A DNA stretch of 64,000 nucleotides from a virus: IMG/VR virus record IMGVR_UViG_3300032287_003559, positions 1 to 64,000 of that record, one strand, 5' to 3'. Both the position numbers and the translations under genes were made by a program. The notes beneath the pieces are model-generated. The model was not told where the DNA came from. It worked only from the letters and a program-made list of their open reading frames with translations, and ran no database searches. Positions 37,451-47,593 of this stretch are shown here, one piece after another. Position 1 is the stretch's first letter. The number at the start of each line of letters is the position of its first letter.

Positions 37451-39100
37451 ATGGCCGATGATATTTACTTAGGTAATCCTAATCTAAAAAAAGCAAATAC
37501 TGCTATAGAATTTACTCAAGATCAAATTCTTGAGTTTGTAAAATGTAAAAATGATCCAGTTTATTTTGCAAAAAATTATGTGAAGATTGTCACATTGGAT
37601 CATGGTCTTATGCCTTTTGAAATGTACCCATTTCAAGAAAAATTGGTTAATAACTTTCATAAGCATAGGTTTAATATTTGCAAGATGCCGCGCCAGACCG
37701 GAAAGTCAACTACTGTGGTATCTTTTCTTTTACACTATGCAGTTTTTAACGATAATGTAAATATTGGTATTCTTGCAAACAAAGCAGCTACTGCTAGAGA
37801 ATTATTAGATAGACTTCAAACAGCTTATGAGAATCTTCCCAAATGGATGCAGCAAGGAATCATCTCTTGGAACAAAGGATCTTTGGAACTGGAAAATGGA
37901 AGTAAAATCTTGGCTGCTTCTACTTCTGCTTCTGCGGTTAGGGGCATGTCTTTCAATATCCTATTTTTGGACGAATTTGCGTTCGTTCCGAATCACATTG
38001 CAGATTCGTTCTTTGCTTCTGTTTATCCTACAATTACTTCGGGCAAAAACACAAAAGTAATCATTGTTTCTACACCGCACGGTATGAATCATTTTTACCG
38101 AATGTGGCATGATGCTGAAAAAGGAAAAAACGAATATGTCTTTACAGATGTTCATTGGAGTGAAGTTCCGGGAAGAGATGAACAATGGAAGGCACAAACC
38201 ATTGCAAATACTTCAGAGCAACAATTTAAAGTAGAATTTGAGTGCGAATTTCTTGGATCTGTTGATACTTTGATTGCCCCATCAAAACTTAGAAGCCTTG
38301 TCTATGACCATCCTAAGACTCGTAGCGCGGGTTTAGATGTTTATTTGGATCCGGTAGATCAACATGATTATTTAATTACTGTAGACGTTGCTAGGGGTGT
38401 TGGAAATGATTATTCGGCATTTACTGTTGTAGATATAACTCAATTTCCTCATAGAGTTGTTGCAAAATATAGAAATAATGAAATAAAACCGATGCTTTTT
38501 CCAAGCATAATTCATGAGACAGCAATTGCTTATAATGATGCATATATTCTCTGTGAAGTAAATGATGTTGGAGATCAAGTAGCAAGTATTCTCCAGTATG
38601 ACTTAGAGTATAATAATCTTCTTATGTGCTCTATGAGAGGAAGAGCTGGTCAAATTGTTGGGCAAGGATTTAGTGGAAAGAAAACACAACTTGGAGTTAA
38701 GATGTCCAAAACTGTAAAAAAAGTTGGATGTCTTAATCTCAAGACTATGATAGAAGAAAATAAATTATATTTGAACGATTATGAAATAATTAGTGAACTT
38801 ACAACTTTTATTCAGAAGCACAATTCATTTGAAGCTGAAGAGGGATGTAATGACGATTTGGCAATGTGTTTGGTAATTTATGCATGGTTAGTTGCTCAAG
38901 ATTATTTTAAAGAGTTAACTGATCAAGATGTAAGAAAACGTCTTTATGAAGAGCAAAAAAATCAAATAGAACAGGATATGTCCCCATTTGGATTCATATC
39001 AGATGGATTAGATGAAGAAAGTTTTGTAGATGTTGATGGAGATAGGTGGCATCTTGATGAGTATGGTGATATGGCTCATATGTGGAATTATATGACGTAA
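37451..39100 (+). CDS. g17: Terminase large subunit gp17
   Basis: YLGNPNLK, Walker A PRQTGKST, Walker B LFLDEFAF, nuclease DVARG and NDDLAM motifs. Confidence 0.97.
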   Translation: MADDIYLGNPNLKKANTAIEFTQDQILEFVKCKNDPVYFAKNYVKIVTLDHGLMPFEMYPFQEKLVNNFHKHRFNICKMPRQTGKSTTVVSFLLHYAVFNDNVNIGILANKAATARELLDRLQTAYENLPKWMQQGIISWNKGSLELENGSKILAASTSASAVRGMSFNILFLDEFAFVPNHIADSFFASVYPTITSGKNTKVIIVSTPHGMNHFYRMWHDAEKGKNEYVFTDVHWSEVPGRDEQWKAQTIANTSEQQFKVEFECEFLGSVDTLIAPSKLRSLVYDHPKTRSAGLDVYLDPVDQHDYLITVDVARGVGNDYSAFTVVDITQFPHRVVAKYRNNEIKPMLFPSIIHETAIAYNDAYILCEVNDVGDQVASILQYDLEYNNLLMCSMRGRAGQIVGQGFSGKKTQLGVKMSKTVKKVGCLNLKTMIEENKLYLNDYEIISELTTFIQKHNSFEAEEGCNDDLAMCLVIYAWLVAQDYFKELTDQDVRKRLYEEQKNQIEQDMSPFGFISDGLDEESFVDVDGDRWHLDEYGDMAHMWNYMT

Positions 39101-39330
39101 TGGAATTAGATAAACAAATAAAACTTGGACATTTATTGCTCACCGATAGAAAATGTAGAGTTTGTGGCGAAATAAAGAATCTAACAGATGACTTTTATAG
39201 GACTAGAAAAAACCGAGGACCAGTTGCATCATCTTATTCTTATGAATGTAAAGATTGTACAGTAAAGAGGGTGATAGAAGCGAGAAGAAATAAGCCATAT
39301 CAAAGTGACTGGGAATACCCAAATTGGTAA
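39100..39330 (+). CDS. Small zinc-finger protein (CxxC...CxxC)
   Basis: RKCRVCGEIK...FYR...YECKDC; TAATG coupling puts the start at 39100. Confidence 0.7.
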   Translation: MELDKQIKLGHLLLTDRKCRVCGEIKNLTDDFYRTRKNRGPVASSYSYECKDCTVKRVIEARRNKPYQSDWEYPNW

Positions 39331-39412
39331 GTAGTTCACCACACATTTCCCCACCGTAAAGTAATTTTTTAATAAATATTTTCAGATAAACTGAGACTTT
39401 ACGGAGAAAAAC

Positions 39413-41611
39413 ATGGCGACTCCTCAATTATCTCCAGGCGTACTCGTCAGAGAGGTTGATCTAACAGTAGGAAGAGCTGATAATGTTTTAAATAACATTG
39501 GAGCAATTGCAGGTCCTTTCCCAATTGGACCCGTAGATTTTCCAATTGATATTGCAACCGAACAAGATTTAATCAATACTTTCGGCAAACCAATTTCATC
39601 AGACACACAATACGAATATTGGATGAGTGCATCCTCCTACCTTTCATATGGAGGGGTTCTAAAAGTTGTTAGAACTGATGGAGCAACTTTAAATAACGCC
39701 AATGCGGGTGTTGGTATTGGTACTACAGCTAGTGCTAAAATCAAAAATTATGATGATTACCTATCCAATTGGTCTGAAGCAACTAATTTCACTTATGCAG
39801 CAAAAAATCCAGGAACATGGGCAAACGGATTAAAAGTTTGCTTTATCGATAACTATGCTGACCAAACTATTGGTATTGCATCAACTAACCCAGGAAACCT
39901 AGGCGCTGCTATTGGACTTGGAGTTACTGCAACTCTTACAAACGTGGTCCTCTCAGGTGCAGGGTCAACATCGTTGTTTAATGGATATCTTAAAGGAATT
40001 ATTACTGGGGTTACTACAGATACTGTAGCAGGAAATAGTTCGATTGATGTTCATGTCATTTCTAGAGTTTCTTCTGCTGGAACAGAGACCTTCATCAATT
40101 ATGCTCAAGGAACTACTTCAGCATCATTCACAACTGCAAGTACAATTAGATTTATAAACACAACTGGAATTGCTACTGGAGCATCTGCAGCAACTGGAGT
40201 AACTCCATCATCAGTTGTTGACTGGTATGATCAACAAACTTTAGGTCTTACAAATAGCACAATTTTCTGGAAATCGATAGCACCAAAACCAACATCTAAT
40301 CAATATTCTATTGATAGATCTGGCGAAAACGATGCTATGCATATTGCCGTGGTTGATGACTTAGGAACAATCACAGGAAGCCAAGGAGCCTTAATTGAAA
40401 AGCACGTAGGCATTTCAAAGGCTCTTGATGCAGTGTCTTCGGTCAATTCCCCACAGAAAATATGGTATAAGCAGTATCTTGCAGATTTTTCAACACAAAT
40501 CTGGGCTGGGGTCAATCCATCATCTGGTGCGGATTCTTTCTGGGGAACTTCACCAAGAGCAATTGGATTCTCTACTTTCTTTACTCCATATACTACAGCA
40601 CAAGGTCTCTGGGGACAAAACGCACAAGGAATCAAATTCAGTGCAATTGGAAATAAAACTTATAACTTAAGTGGTGGAACCAACTACTCAGCTGCTGGCG
40701 GATATGCAGCCACTCTCGGAGATTTACAAAACTCATACAATCTTTTCTCAAATAAAGATAATATCCAAGTTGATTACTTGATCATGGGTCCTGGTTTGAC
40801 CAACAAATCAGATTCACAAGCAAAGGCAGGTTATCTAATATCTCTTGCTGATGGAAGAAAGGATTGTATGGCGGTTATTGGACCACATAGAGCGGATTTG
40901 ATTGGTGTTACAAACAATGTAACCCAAACAACTAACTTAATTAACTACTTTAGCCCCCTTTCCTCCTCATCATATGCAGTATTTGATAGTGGATATAAGT
41001 ACACTTATGATAGATTTAATAATAGATTCGTATATATTCCTTGCAATGCTGATGTTGCAGGTCTAATGTGCCGTACAAACATTGTTGCATATCCATGGTT
41101 CTCCCCTGCTGGACAGCAAAGAGGAGTTTTAAACAATGTTGTAAAACTTGCATATAATCCATCCAAAGCACAAAGAGATCAACTCTATCCATTAAGAATC
41201 AATTCGATTGTTACACAACCAGGAGTTGGGACACTTCTCTTTGGAGACAAAACTGCAATTGGTTATGCATCAGCTTTTGATCGTATTAATGTTCGCCGCC
41301 TGTTCCTTACGGTAGAGCAAGCGTTGCAAAAAGCAGCACAAGCTCAACTCTTTGAACTCAATGACGAACTAACAAGAGCAAACTTCAGAAACATTGTTGA
41401 ACCATACCTCCGTGATATTCAAGCAAAGAGAGGTCTTTATGGTTTCCTTGTTGTTTGCGATACTTCAAATAACACTCCAGATGTTATTGATAACAATGAA
41501 TTTAGAGCTGATATCTACCTGAAACCATCCAAGTCTATCAACTACGTCACTCTGACCTTTGTGGCCACCAGAACTGGTGTAAGTTTTGAAGAAGTTGCTG
41601 GTACAGTTTGA
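39413..41611 (+). CDS. g18: Tail sheath protein gp18
   Basis: LSPGVLVREVDLT, PWFSPAG..RG, FDRINVRRLF; ATAAATA at 39372. Confidence 0.97.
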   Translation: MATPQLSPGVLVREVDLTVGRADNVLNNIGAIAGPFPIGPVDFPIDIATEQDLINTFGKPISSDTQYEYWMSASSYLSYGGVLKVVRTDGATLNNANAGVGIGTTASAKIKNYDDYLSNWSEATNFTYAAKNPGTWANGLKVCFIDNYADQTIGIASTNPGNLGAAIGLGVTATLTNVVLSGAGSTSLFNGYLKGIITGVTTDTVAGNSSIDVHVISRVSSAGTETFINYAQGTTSASFTTASTIRFINTTGIATGASAATGVTPSSVVDWYDQQTLGLTNSTIFWKSIAPKPTSNQYSIDRSGENDAMHIAVVDDLGTITGSQGALIEKHVGISKALDAVSSVNSPQKIWYKQYLADFSTQIWAGVNPSSGADSFWGTSPRAIGFSTFFTPYTTAQGLWGQNAQGIKFSAIGNKTYNLSGGTNYSAAGGYAATLGDLQNSYNLFSNKDNIQVDYLIMGPGLTNKSDSQAKAGYLISLADGRKDCMAVIGPHRADLIGVTNNVTQTTNLINYFSPLSSSSYAVFDSGYKYTYDRFNNRFVYIPCNADVAGLMCRTNIVAYPWFSPAGQQRGVLNNVVKLAYNPSKAQRDQLYPLRINSIVTQPGVGTLLFGDKTAIGYASAFDRINVRRLFLTVEQALQKAAQAQLFELNDELTRANFRNIVEPYLRDIQAKRGLYGFLVVCDTSNNTPDVIDNNEFRADIYLKPSKSINYVTLTFVATRTGVSFEEVAGTV

Positions 41612-41645
41612 TTTTTAATTAAACCAAAAAAGGAGGAACTAAAAA

Positions 41646-42212
41646 ATGGCACATTCTATTCAGGATTTTAAATCAGCACTTGTTGGGGGCGGTGCCCGCC
41701 CCAATCTATTCCAAGTTGAAATTCCAGCACCACCAGCAGGAGTAAATTTAACTTCGAATTTCCCAATTCTTTGCAAAACTGCCGCACTGCCTGCATCAAA
41801 CATTGCTTCAATTGATATTCCTTTTAGAGGGAGAATCTTTAAGGTTGCAGGTGATCGTACATTTGATACTTGGACAATTACTGTTATCAATGATCAAGAC
41901 TTTACAATTAGAAAAGCATTTGAAACTTGGATGCAATCTATTGGACAGTATGGAGATGCTAGTGGTTTTACTGATCCATCCGATTATATGGTAGATGCAT
42001 TTGTTAAGCAGTTTAAGAGAGGTGCTTCCGCTACTGGAACTGGAGTTGCTACTGGAACCGGATTAGAAGTCGCTGCAACATATCAATTTTACAGCATTTT
42101 CCCAACCAATATTTCTGCAATTGATCTTTCATATGATACCTCAGATACAATTGAGGAATTTACTGTTGAATTCCAAGTTCAGTACTGGACACCTGCCGAA
42201 AATAAAGGCTAA
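41646..42212 (+). CDS. g19: Tail tube protein gp19
   Basis: GGARPNLF, AGDRTFDTWTITVIND, IEEFTVEFQVQYW. Confidence 0.95.
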   Translation: MAHSIQDFKSALVGGGARPNLFQVEIPAPPAGVNLTSNFPILCKTAALPASNIASIDIPFRGRIFKVAGDRTFDTWTITVINDQDFTIRKAFETWMQSIGQYGDASGFTDPSDYMVDAFVKQFKRGASATGTGVATGTGLEVAATYQFYSIFPTNISAIDLSYDTSDTIEEFTVEFQVQYWTPAENKG

Positions 42213-42248
42213 TAAATAGTCTAAAGATAAAGACTAAAAAAATAAATT

Positions 42249-43964
42249 ATGGCAAAATTATTTGGATTCTCTATTGAGGATACTGAAAACCAATCACCCA
42301 CTGCTTTGTCTCCAGTCCCACCTAATAGTGAGGACTCGGCTGACTACTATCTAAGCAGTGGGTTTTTTGGTTCTTACGTAGATATTGAGGGAGTTTATAG
42401 AACAGAATTTGATCTAATTAAAAGATATAGGGAGATGGCACTTCACCCAGAATGTGATAGTGCAATTGAAGATATTGTAAACGAAGCAATAGTAAGTGAT
42501 ACTAACGATAGTCCTGTAGAAATTGAACTTTCAAATCTTAATGCTAGTGACGGTATTAAAAAGAAAATCAGAGAAGAATTTAAATATATTTTAGAACTTT
42601 TAGATTTTGATAAAAAATCCCACGAAATTTATAGAAATTGGTATATTGATGGAAGACTTTATTATCATAAAGTAATTGATTTAAAAAACCCAGAGGCAGG
42701 TATTCAAGAACTGCGATATATTGATGCAATGAAAATGCGTTATGTGAGACAAGCAAAGAAAAAGGAAGGTAATAGATATACATTCACGAACAGGAATATT
42801 GATAATCCAATGGATTTTGAGTTTCCTGAAATTGAAGAATATTTTGTATACAATCCAAAAATGACTTATCCGACAGGAACCCCTGCTCCAGGAGCTCTTG
42901 GAGGTTCTAGTCAAGGAATCAAAATGTCTAGGGATTCTATTACATATTGCACTTCGGGTCTTGTAGATAGAAATAAAGGATCAACTCTTTCATATCTTCA
43001 TAAAGCAATTAAGTCTCTCAATCAACTTCGCATGATTGAAGATAGTCTTGTTATCTATAGACTATCTCGCGCTCCAGAAAGAAGAATTTTTTATATTGAT
43101 GTAGGCAATCTTCCTAAAGTAAAAGCAGAACAATATCTTCGTGATGTAATGATGCGTTATAGAAACAAACTTGTTTATGATGCAAGTACTGGAGAAATTC
43201 GCGATGATAAAAAATTCATGGCTATGCTTGAAGATTTTTGGCTCCCTCGTAGAGAAGGTGGTCGCGGAACAGAAATTTCCACTCTTCCCGGAGGACAAAA
43301 TCTTGGAGAAATTACTGATATTGAATACTTTAAGAAAAAACTCTATCGCTCTCTAAATGTTCCACCATCAAGAATGGACGGCGAAGGTGGTTTTAATCTC
43401 GGTCGTTCTTCAGAGATTCTTCGCGATGAAGTAAAATTTAGCAAATTTGTTGCTAGACTAAGAAAGAGATTTTCTGCAATGTTTAGCGATATGCTAAAAA
43501 CTCAACTAATTCTGAAAAATATTATTACACCAGAAGATTGGAATGTTATGGATGAGCACATCCAATACGACTTTTTATATGATAATCATTTTGCGGAACT
43601 TAAGGATGCAGAACTATTAAATGAAAGACTTAACATGGTACAGGTTGCCGAACCGTATGTAGGGAAATATTTTTCACAAGATTATGTGAGACGTAAGATT
43701 CTTCGTCAAACTGATATTGAAATTATTGAGCAGGATAATTTAATCAAAAAAGAAATTAAAGATGGTGTTATTCCTGATCCAAATATTCCTATCGATCCTA
43801 CAACAGGAATGCCAATTCAACCAGGAATGGGTATGGATTTAGGACAACCAGTAGTAGAACCAAATCTTGATGGGGCAGCAGACGCTGGATCTACAAAAGT
43901 AGATGGAAAAGCAGTTGAAATGAATACAAATATTGTAAAAATGCCCAAGGGTGGTGAGATATAA
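42249..43964 (+). CDS. g20: Portal vertex protein gp20
   Basis: YRLSRAPERRIFYIDVGNLPK.KAEQY, EDFWLPRREGGRGTEI; ATAAATA at 42212. Confidence 0.98.
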   Translation: MAKLFGFSIEDTENQSPTALSPVPPNSEDSADYYLSSGFFGSYVDIEGVYRTEFDLIKRYREMALHPECDSAIEDIVNEAIVSDTNDSPVEIELSNLNASDGIKKKIREEFKYILELLDFDKKSHEIYRNWYIDGRLYYHKVIDLKNPEAGIQELRYIDAMKMRYVRQAKKKEGNRYTFTNRNIDNPMDFEFPEIEEYFVYNPKMTYPTGTPAPGALGGSSQGIKMSRDSITYCTSGLVDRNKGSTLSYLHKAIKSLNQLRMIEDSLVIYRLSRAPERRIFYIDVGNLPKVKAEQYLRDVMMRYRNKLVYDASTGEIRDDKKFMAMLEDFWLPRREGGRGTEISTLPGGQNLGEITDIEYFKKKLYRSLNVPPSRMDGEGGFNLGRSSEILRDEVKFSKFVARLRKRFSAMFSDMLKTQLILKNIITPEDWNVMDEHIQYDFLYDNHFAELKDAELLNERLNMVQVAEPYVGKYFSQDYVRRKILRQTDIEIIEQDNLIKKEIKDGVIPDPNIPIDPTTGMPIQPGMGMDLGQPVVEPNLDGAADAGSTKVDGKAVEMNTNIVKMPKGGEI

Positions 43965-43994
43965 ATATACACAGTTACAAATTAATGCATAAAA

Positions 43995-44183
43995 ATGGAT
44001 GATTTACTGGATATGATTCTCGCGGACGAATCTCCCTCACAAATTAGTGATCAAATTAAAGATTTACTTTTTGCAAAATCTGCAGAAAGAATAGATTCTT
44101 TGCGTCCTTCTGTAGCAAATTCTATGTTTGGTCAAGATGAACTAAGTAATGATGAAGGAGAATATGGAGCAGAAGAAAACTGA
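43995..44183 (+). CDS. Small acidic prohead core protein (gp67-position)
   Basis: Directly after g20 with TATAAATA at 43960; acidic helical sequence. Confidence 0.55.
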   Translation: MDDLLDMILADESPSQISDQIKDLLFAKSAERIDSLRPSVANSMFGQDELSNDEGEYGAEEN

Positions 44184-44195
44184 GAGTGATGAATA

Positions 44196-45071
44196 ATGGC
44201 AGGTCTGTCGGACTTTTTTAAACTTATTGAAGAAGAAAAAAAGAAACAGGATAAAGAACTATATTCTCTTCTTGGTGAAGAATTTTCCACGGATAAATTT
44301 ATTGATACTCTGATTTCATCTGCAAAAAAAGAGGTAAAAAAAGAAAAAATTATTGAAAAGAAAATAGAAAAAATATTTAATGATATCCTAATAGATGAAA
44401 AAGATTCTACAGAATCAAAAATAGTTGAAGAAAATATAGAAGAAATAATAGAAGAAGAACTTTTTGAAGAGACTGTTGAGGATCCTTTGATTGAAAAATC
44501 TTTGGGTCTTCTTTCAGAACCATCTAATATTAAACAACAAAACGATCCATTGACTCCAATAGATCAAAAATTTGCAACTCTTGAAGATTTACAGAATCAC
44601 TATAAGATTTTTATTTCTCGTATTCAACAACAACTTTCTACTCTTGGGGGAAGTGGTGAGACTCGTTTAGAATTTTTAGATGATGTTGATAGAAATTCAG
44701 TAAAGGTAAATAATAAATTTCTAAGATATAATTCAAATACTGGGAAATGGAAAGGTTCTGACGCTGGAGAAGGTCCATTTATATCTTCAACAACTTATGT
44801 AACTACATCATCTTATACAATTCTTGAAGGTGATTATTACATAGGAGTTAATTATGCCGGAGCGGTTACAATCACTCTTCCAAATGGAGTGATTCAAGGA
44901 ACAACATACATTGTAAAGGATGAACTTGGGGAAGCTTCCAAGGGAACAAATAGATATATAACAATACTTCCATCTGGATCTGATTTGATTGATGGTAGAG
45001 ATAGAGCAATTCTTGCTTTTGATTATGGTTCACTTACTTTTGTTTATAGAAACGGTTGGAGGGTAGTTTAA
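44196..45071 (+). CDS. Hypothetical protein: acidic N-terminus plus fibre-type C-terminal beta domain
   Basis: E/K-rich N half; C-terminal YYIGVN...VTITLP...YIVKDE...IDG...GSLTFVY..GW pattern recalled from phage fibre proteins. Confidence 0.6.
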   Translation: MAGLSDFFKLIEEEKKKQDKELYSLLGEEFSTDKFIDTLISSAKKEVKKEKIIEKKIEKIFNDILIDEKDSTESKIVEENIEEIIEEELFEETVEDPLIEKSLGLLSEPSNIKQQNDPLTPIDQKFATLEDLQNHYKIFISRIQQQLSTLGGSGETRLEFLDDVDRNSVKVNNKFLRYNSNTGKWKGSDAGEGPFISSTTYVTTSSYTILEGDYYIGVNYAGAVTITLPNGVIQGTTYIVKDELGEASKGTNRYITILPSGSDLIDGRDRAILAFDYGSLTFVYRNGWRVV

Positions 45072-46291
45072 TGTCTCATTTATATCAACCAAGTTTAGAC
45101 CAACACGATGCATTTGGTCGTTTAAGAATTTCAAGTCCACTTACACTTTTTGATTCATCGCATAGATATAGGGATAATAATTTATGGACTAGTTTAGTTG
45201 TAGGAACTGGTTCTACTGTTGGATTTGTAACGACACAAGGATTAGTGCAGATTGGTATTGGAACTACTGCAGGATGTTCTGTTATCAGAGAAACAACAAA
45301 GGTATTTTCATATCAACCAGGAAAATCTCTGGAAGTTATGAATACTTTTGTAATGAATGCACCAAAACAAAATCTAATGCAAAGAGTTGGATATTTTGGA
45401 GCAGATAATGGAATATATTTTGAGGTTGATGGAAATACTGTAAATTTTGTTGAAAGAAGCATTGTATCTGGAATGATGTCTGAAAGCAGAGTTCCACAAT
45501 CACAATGGTTATATGATAAAATGGATGGAACTGGTCCTTCTGGACTTGTACTTGATACATCTCAAGCACAAATCTTCTGGATGGATATTGAGTGGTTAGG
45601 AGTCGGAACAGTAAGAGTTGGTTTCGTAATTGATGGACAATTCATTCACTGCCATTCGTTTCACCACGCAAATAGAATTCAATCAACATATATTACAACT
45701 GGTTCATTGCCTCTAAGATATGAGATTGCAAATACTGGAATTACAACAAGTTCAAGCACACTTAAACAGATTTGTTCCACGGTAATTTCAGAAGGTGGTT
45801 ATGAACTTCGCGGATTGCAACAGGCAGTAGGAACTGCAGTTACATCACCAGTCAATTTACCATTACCTGCCGGAACTTATTATCCAATAATATCACTTAG
45901 ACTTAGGACAACACCAAATCGTCTAGATGCAATTGTAATTTTGACGGCAATTTCAATGTTGGGTATCACAAATAATGCAAATTATAATTGGCAGGTGAGA
46001 GCAAGTTGCATTACGTCTGGGGGAACTTGGAATATTGCAGGTATAGATTCTGCTGTAGAATATAAAATTGACGGAGGAACAGTTAGTGGTGGTAGAGTTT
46101 TAGCAAGTGGATATTTCAATTCTTCACAGCAAGCGTCAGTTCCAGTAGATATTCTTAAGGAAGCATTATTTTCTTTCCAATTGGAAAGAGATGGTTTAAC
46201 TTCAACTCCATATGAGACGGCACTAGTTTGCTCTGCAAGTGTGAATGCCGACATTCTTGCTTCTATGGATTGGGAAGAAATTAGTAGGTAA
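45071..46291 (+). CDS. Hypothetical beta-rich probable virion protein
   Basis: ORF track 45056..; ATG at 45071 (TAATG coupling); DAFGRLR, YQPGKS, EWLGVGTVRVGF motifs. Confidence 0.65.
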   Translation: MSHLYQPSLDQHDAFGRLRISSPLTLFDSSHRYRDNNLWTSLVVGTGSTVGFVTTQGLVQIGIGTTAGCSVIRETTKVFSYQPGKSLEVMNTFVMNAPKQNLMQRVGYFGADNGIYFEVDGNTVNFVERSIVSGMMSESRVPQSQWLYDKMDGTGPSGLVLDTSQAQIFWMDIEWLGVGTVRVGFVIDGQFIHCHSFHHANRIQSTYITTGSLPLRYEIANTGITTSSSTLKQICSTVISEGGYELRGLQQAVGTAVTSPVNLPLPAGTYYPIISLRLRTTPNRLDAIVILTAISMLGITNNANYNWQVRASCITSGGTWNIAGIDSAVEYKIDGGTVSGGRVLASGYFNSSQQASVPVDILKEALFSFQLERDGLTSTPYETALVCSASVNADILASMDWEEISR

Positions 46292-46333
46292 TCTCATATT
46301 TTATAAATAACTAATAAATGTATTATAAGAATA

Positions 46334-46888
46334 ATGACGCATAGACCAGTTGGGGCTGGGTCCTCATTCACATTTACTGCAGGAACTGCATCAACTTCAT
46401 CTACATTTTCAGTTCAATCTGATACTTTAAGAGTTGTTGCTGTTGGTAACGCTGCACATGTTGCAATTGCAGCAAGTCCAACTGCATCAACAACTGATTA
46501 TTATATTCCCTCCGGAACTGCAATAACTCTTGCATTGACTAAAGCATCTAATAGAGTTGTCGGTGTTACTACAGGAACATCAACGATTCTTACCTTTGCA
46601 GAGGGAACTCAGGCACCTTTCGGTGTTGGTGATTATATTAGTTTAACTGCAAATGCACAGTCATATTATAACTTTACTCACCAACAAGTTACGTCAGTAG
46701 ATACTACTTCTGGCATAAATGGATTTTTCCAAGGGAGAATTGTTGTAAGTTATGATTCAAGTGGAATTGTAACTTCCTTCTCTTCTCCAAATGCAACAGC
46801 AGTTATTTCTCAAAGAATTTCTGCTTATGGCGCAACTGGAGATGGATCACTTTATTATCAGCAAGTACAAATTACCAACCAAGCATGA
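46334..46888 (+). CDS. Hypothetical S/T-rich protein upstream of g21, probably virion-associated
   Basis: ORF track; TATAAATA at 46302. Confidence 0.7.
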   Translation: MTHRPVGAGSSFTFTAGTASTSSTFSVQSDTLRVVAVGNAAHVAIAASPTASTTDYYIPSGTAITLALTKASNRVVGVTTGTSTILTFAEGTQAPFGVGDYISLTANAQSYYNFTHQQVTSVDTTSGINGFFQGRIVVSYDSSGIVTSFSSPNATAVISQRISAYGATGDGSLYYQQVQITNQA

Positions 46889-47538
46889 TGAAACTTATCA
46901 CAGAAGAAATAGAATCAGTAGAAGTTATTTCTGAAAATGTAAACGGTAAAAAGACTCTGTATATTCAAGGACCTTTCCTTCAGACTGAGCAACCAAATAG
47001 AAATAACAGAATATATCGTCTTCCAGTAATGGAAAGAGAAGTTAAAAGATATACTGAACAGTATGTAAATAAGGGACGTGCTCTTGGCGAACTTGGTCAT
47101 CCAGATGGACCAACTGTAAATCTTGATAGAGTTTCTCATAAGATCGTTTCACTTCATCGTGAAGGAAATAACTTCATTGGAAAAGCGCAGATTCTTTCCA
47201 CTCCTATGGGAAAGATTGCAGAATCTCTCCTTAAGGAAGGCGTAACTTTGGGAGTTTCTTCTCGTGGAATTGGATCTCTAAAACCAACTCGTGAAGGATA
47301 TAACGAAGTAGGCGAAGATTTTATGCTTGCAACTGCTGCTGATATTGTCGCTGATCCTTCTGCACCTGATGCTTTTGTTCAAGGAATTATGGAAGGAAAG
47401 GAGTGGGTATGGGATGGTGGGGTTTTGAGGGAGAAAGAAGCAGAAAACACTAGACGCAGAATAAACACTCTTGTTGATGAAGGAATTCTTGAAGAGTATA
47501 AAATATCATTATTCAATGAGTTTTTAAATTCATTGTAA
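46885..47538 (+). CDS. g21: Prohead protease gp21
   Basis: ALGELGHP, VSHKI, GVSSRG.GS, DIVADPSAPDAFV. Confidence 0.96.
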   Translation: MMKLITEEIESVEVISENVNGKKTLYIQGPFLQTEQPNRNNRIYRLPVMEREVKRYTEQYVNKGRALGELGHPDGPTVNLDRVSHKIVSLHREGNNFIGKAQILSTPMGKIAESLLKEGVTLGVSSRGIGSLKPTREGYNEVGEDFMLATAADIVADPSAPDAFVQGIMEGKEWVWDGGVLREKEAENTRRRINTLVDEGILEEYKISLFNEFLNSL

Positions 47539-47593
47539 TTTATTAATTTATAAATAAATATAGATTAAATTAGAGGTTAATCGGAGAGTTCAA

